From Nitrosopumilus sp. (GTDB lineage: Archaea; Thermoproteota; Nitrososphaeria; Nitrososphaerales; Nitrosopumilaceae), in contig OZ242186.1 in assembly GCA_965205675.1 (NCBI GenBank), forward strand, positions 736,001-800,000: a stretch of DNA of 64,000 nt. The letters are read 5' to 3'. Position numbers and translations under genes: made by a program. The notes below the pieces were generated by a model. The model had not been told where the DNA came from and searched no databases. It worked only from the letters and a program-made list of their open reading frames with translations. Shown here piece by piece: positions 63,204-64,000 of this stretch. Position 1 is the first letter of the stretch, and every line of letters begins with the position of its first letter.

Positions 63204-64000
63204 TTGTCTTCTATTGATGAATCTGATAAAGAACTTTTAAATGAAATTCAATGGACTTTTCCATTAGTTACAAGACCATTTGATGCTATTGCTAAAAGAT
63301 TTGATACTACTCCTGAAAATATCAAAAAACAACTAAATCAACTAAAAGAGATTGGGATTTTACGACAACTAAGTGCAATTTTTGATACCCGAAAACTTGG
63401 TTACACAAGCTCACTTGTAGCTATGGAAATTGATTCTGATAAACTGGACCATGTTGCAAGCCAAATTAACCGTCATCCTGGTGTTAGTCATAATTATGAA
63501 CGAGATCATCAATTCAACCTTTGGTTTACATTAGCTGTTCCTCCTGGTGCTGATTTGAAATTTGAACTTGAAAAATTCAATGTTCTAAAAGGAATTAAAA
63601 AAGTAAGAATGCTTCCAACTTTACAATTATTCAAAATTGGTGTTAAACTTGACATGGTAGATGACAAGAAACATGAGATTGCACCAAGTGAAGAGAAAAA
63701 AGAAATTAAAAATATTGAGTTTATCCCAACTGAAGAAGATAAAGACTTTATTCGTGAATTGCAAAAAGATATGGAAATTATTGACGAACCTTTTGTTAAG
63801 GCTGCAAAAAATCTTGGAATGACTGAAACTGAATTATTTGAAAAAATGAAACATTATGAGGATATTGGCGTCATGCGAAGATTTGCTGCAATTTTGAGAC
63901 ATAGACAAGTTGGATTTACTGCAAATGGTATGATTGTCTGGAAAGTTCCTGAAGATCGAATTAAACAAGTTGGGGAAACATTAGGCTCATTTCCACAGGT
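63204..64000 (+). CDS. siroheme decarboxylase AhbAB/NirDL-like (Lrp/AsnC fold), runs off the window end
   Basis: FPLVTRPF, GVSHNYER, FNLWFT, LRHRQVGF-x-ANGM; divergent from the sirC-hemA-hemB cluster. Confidence 0.88.
   Translation, partial: MSSIDESDKELLNEIQWTFPLVTRPFDAIAKRFDTTPENIKKQLNQLKEIGILRQLSAIFDTRKLGYTSSLVAMEIDSDKLDHVASQINRHPGVSHNYERDHQFNLWFTLAVPPGADLKFELEKFNVLKGIKKVRMLPTLQLFKIGVKLDMVDDKKHEIAPSEEKKEIKNIEFIPTEEDKDFIRELQKDMEIIDEPFVKAAKNLGMTETELFEKMKHYEDIGVMRRFAAILRHRQVGFTANGMIVWKVPEDRIKQVGETLGSFPQ

Overview
AT-rich archaeal DNA with gene content and order typical of Nitrosopumilaceae (Thaumarchaeota). Genes include aRF1, thaumarchaeosortase, Dpo4, Alba, Smc, EgtD/EgtB, ProRS, CofE, a sulfur cluster (TusA, cysteine synthase, Thi4, sulfite reductase, rhodanese), ArgRS, an intron-containing tRNA-Leu(CAA) and hem/ahb genes. 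The backbone is heavily invaded by insertion sequences (IS66, three IS630, IS110/IS1111, ISH3, IS5, IS6, MITEs), many of them nested. It also carries several pseudogenes (deoxyhypusine synthase, nitrilase, HAD, RusA-like), a pattern that suggests an eroding, possibly host-associated genome (inference). Four highlights stand out. (1) An IS110-family element has a structured 3' non-coding region with segments matching its own reconstructed target and circle-junction sequences, a candidate archaeal bridge/seekRNA. (2) A repeat-unique insert-repeat scar with a 74-bp period lies inside an IS66 transposase gene and resembles an off-target CRISPR spacer integration. (3) An accessory island carries an SbcD/SbcC pair, a HARE-HTH PD-(D/E)XK nuclease and decayed HAD and RusA-like genes. 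(4) An Alba protein carries 50 perfect PEPT repeats. All family calls come from motif recognition by eye; no searches were run.
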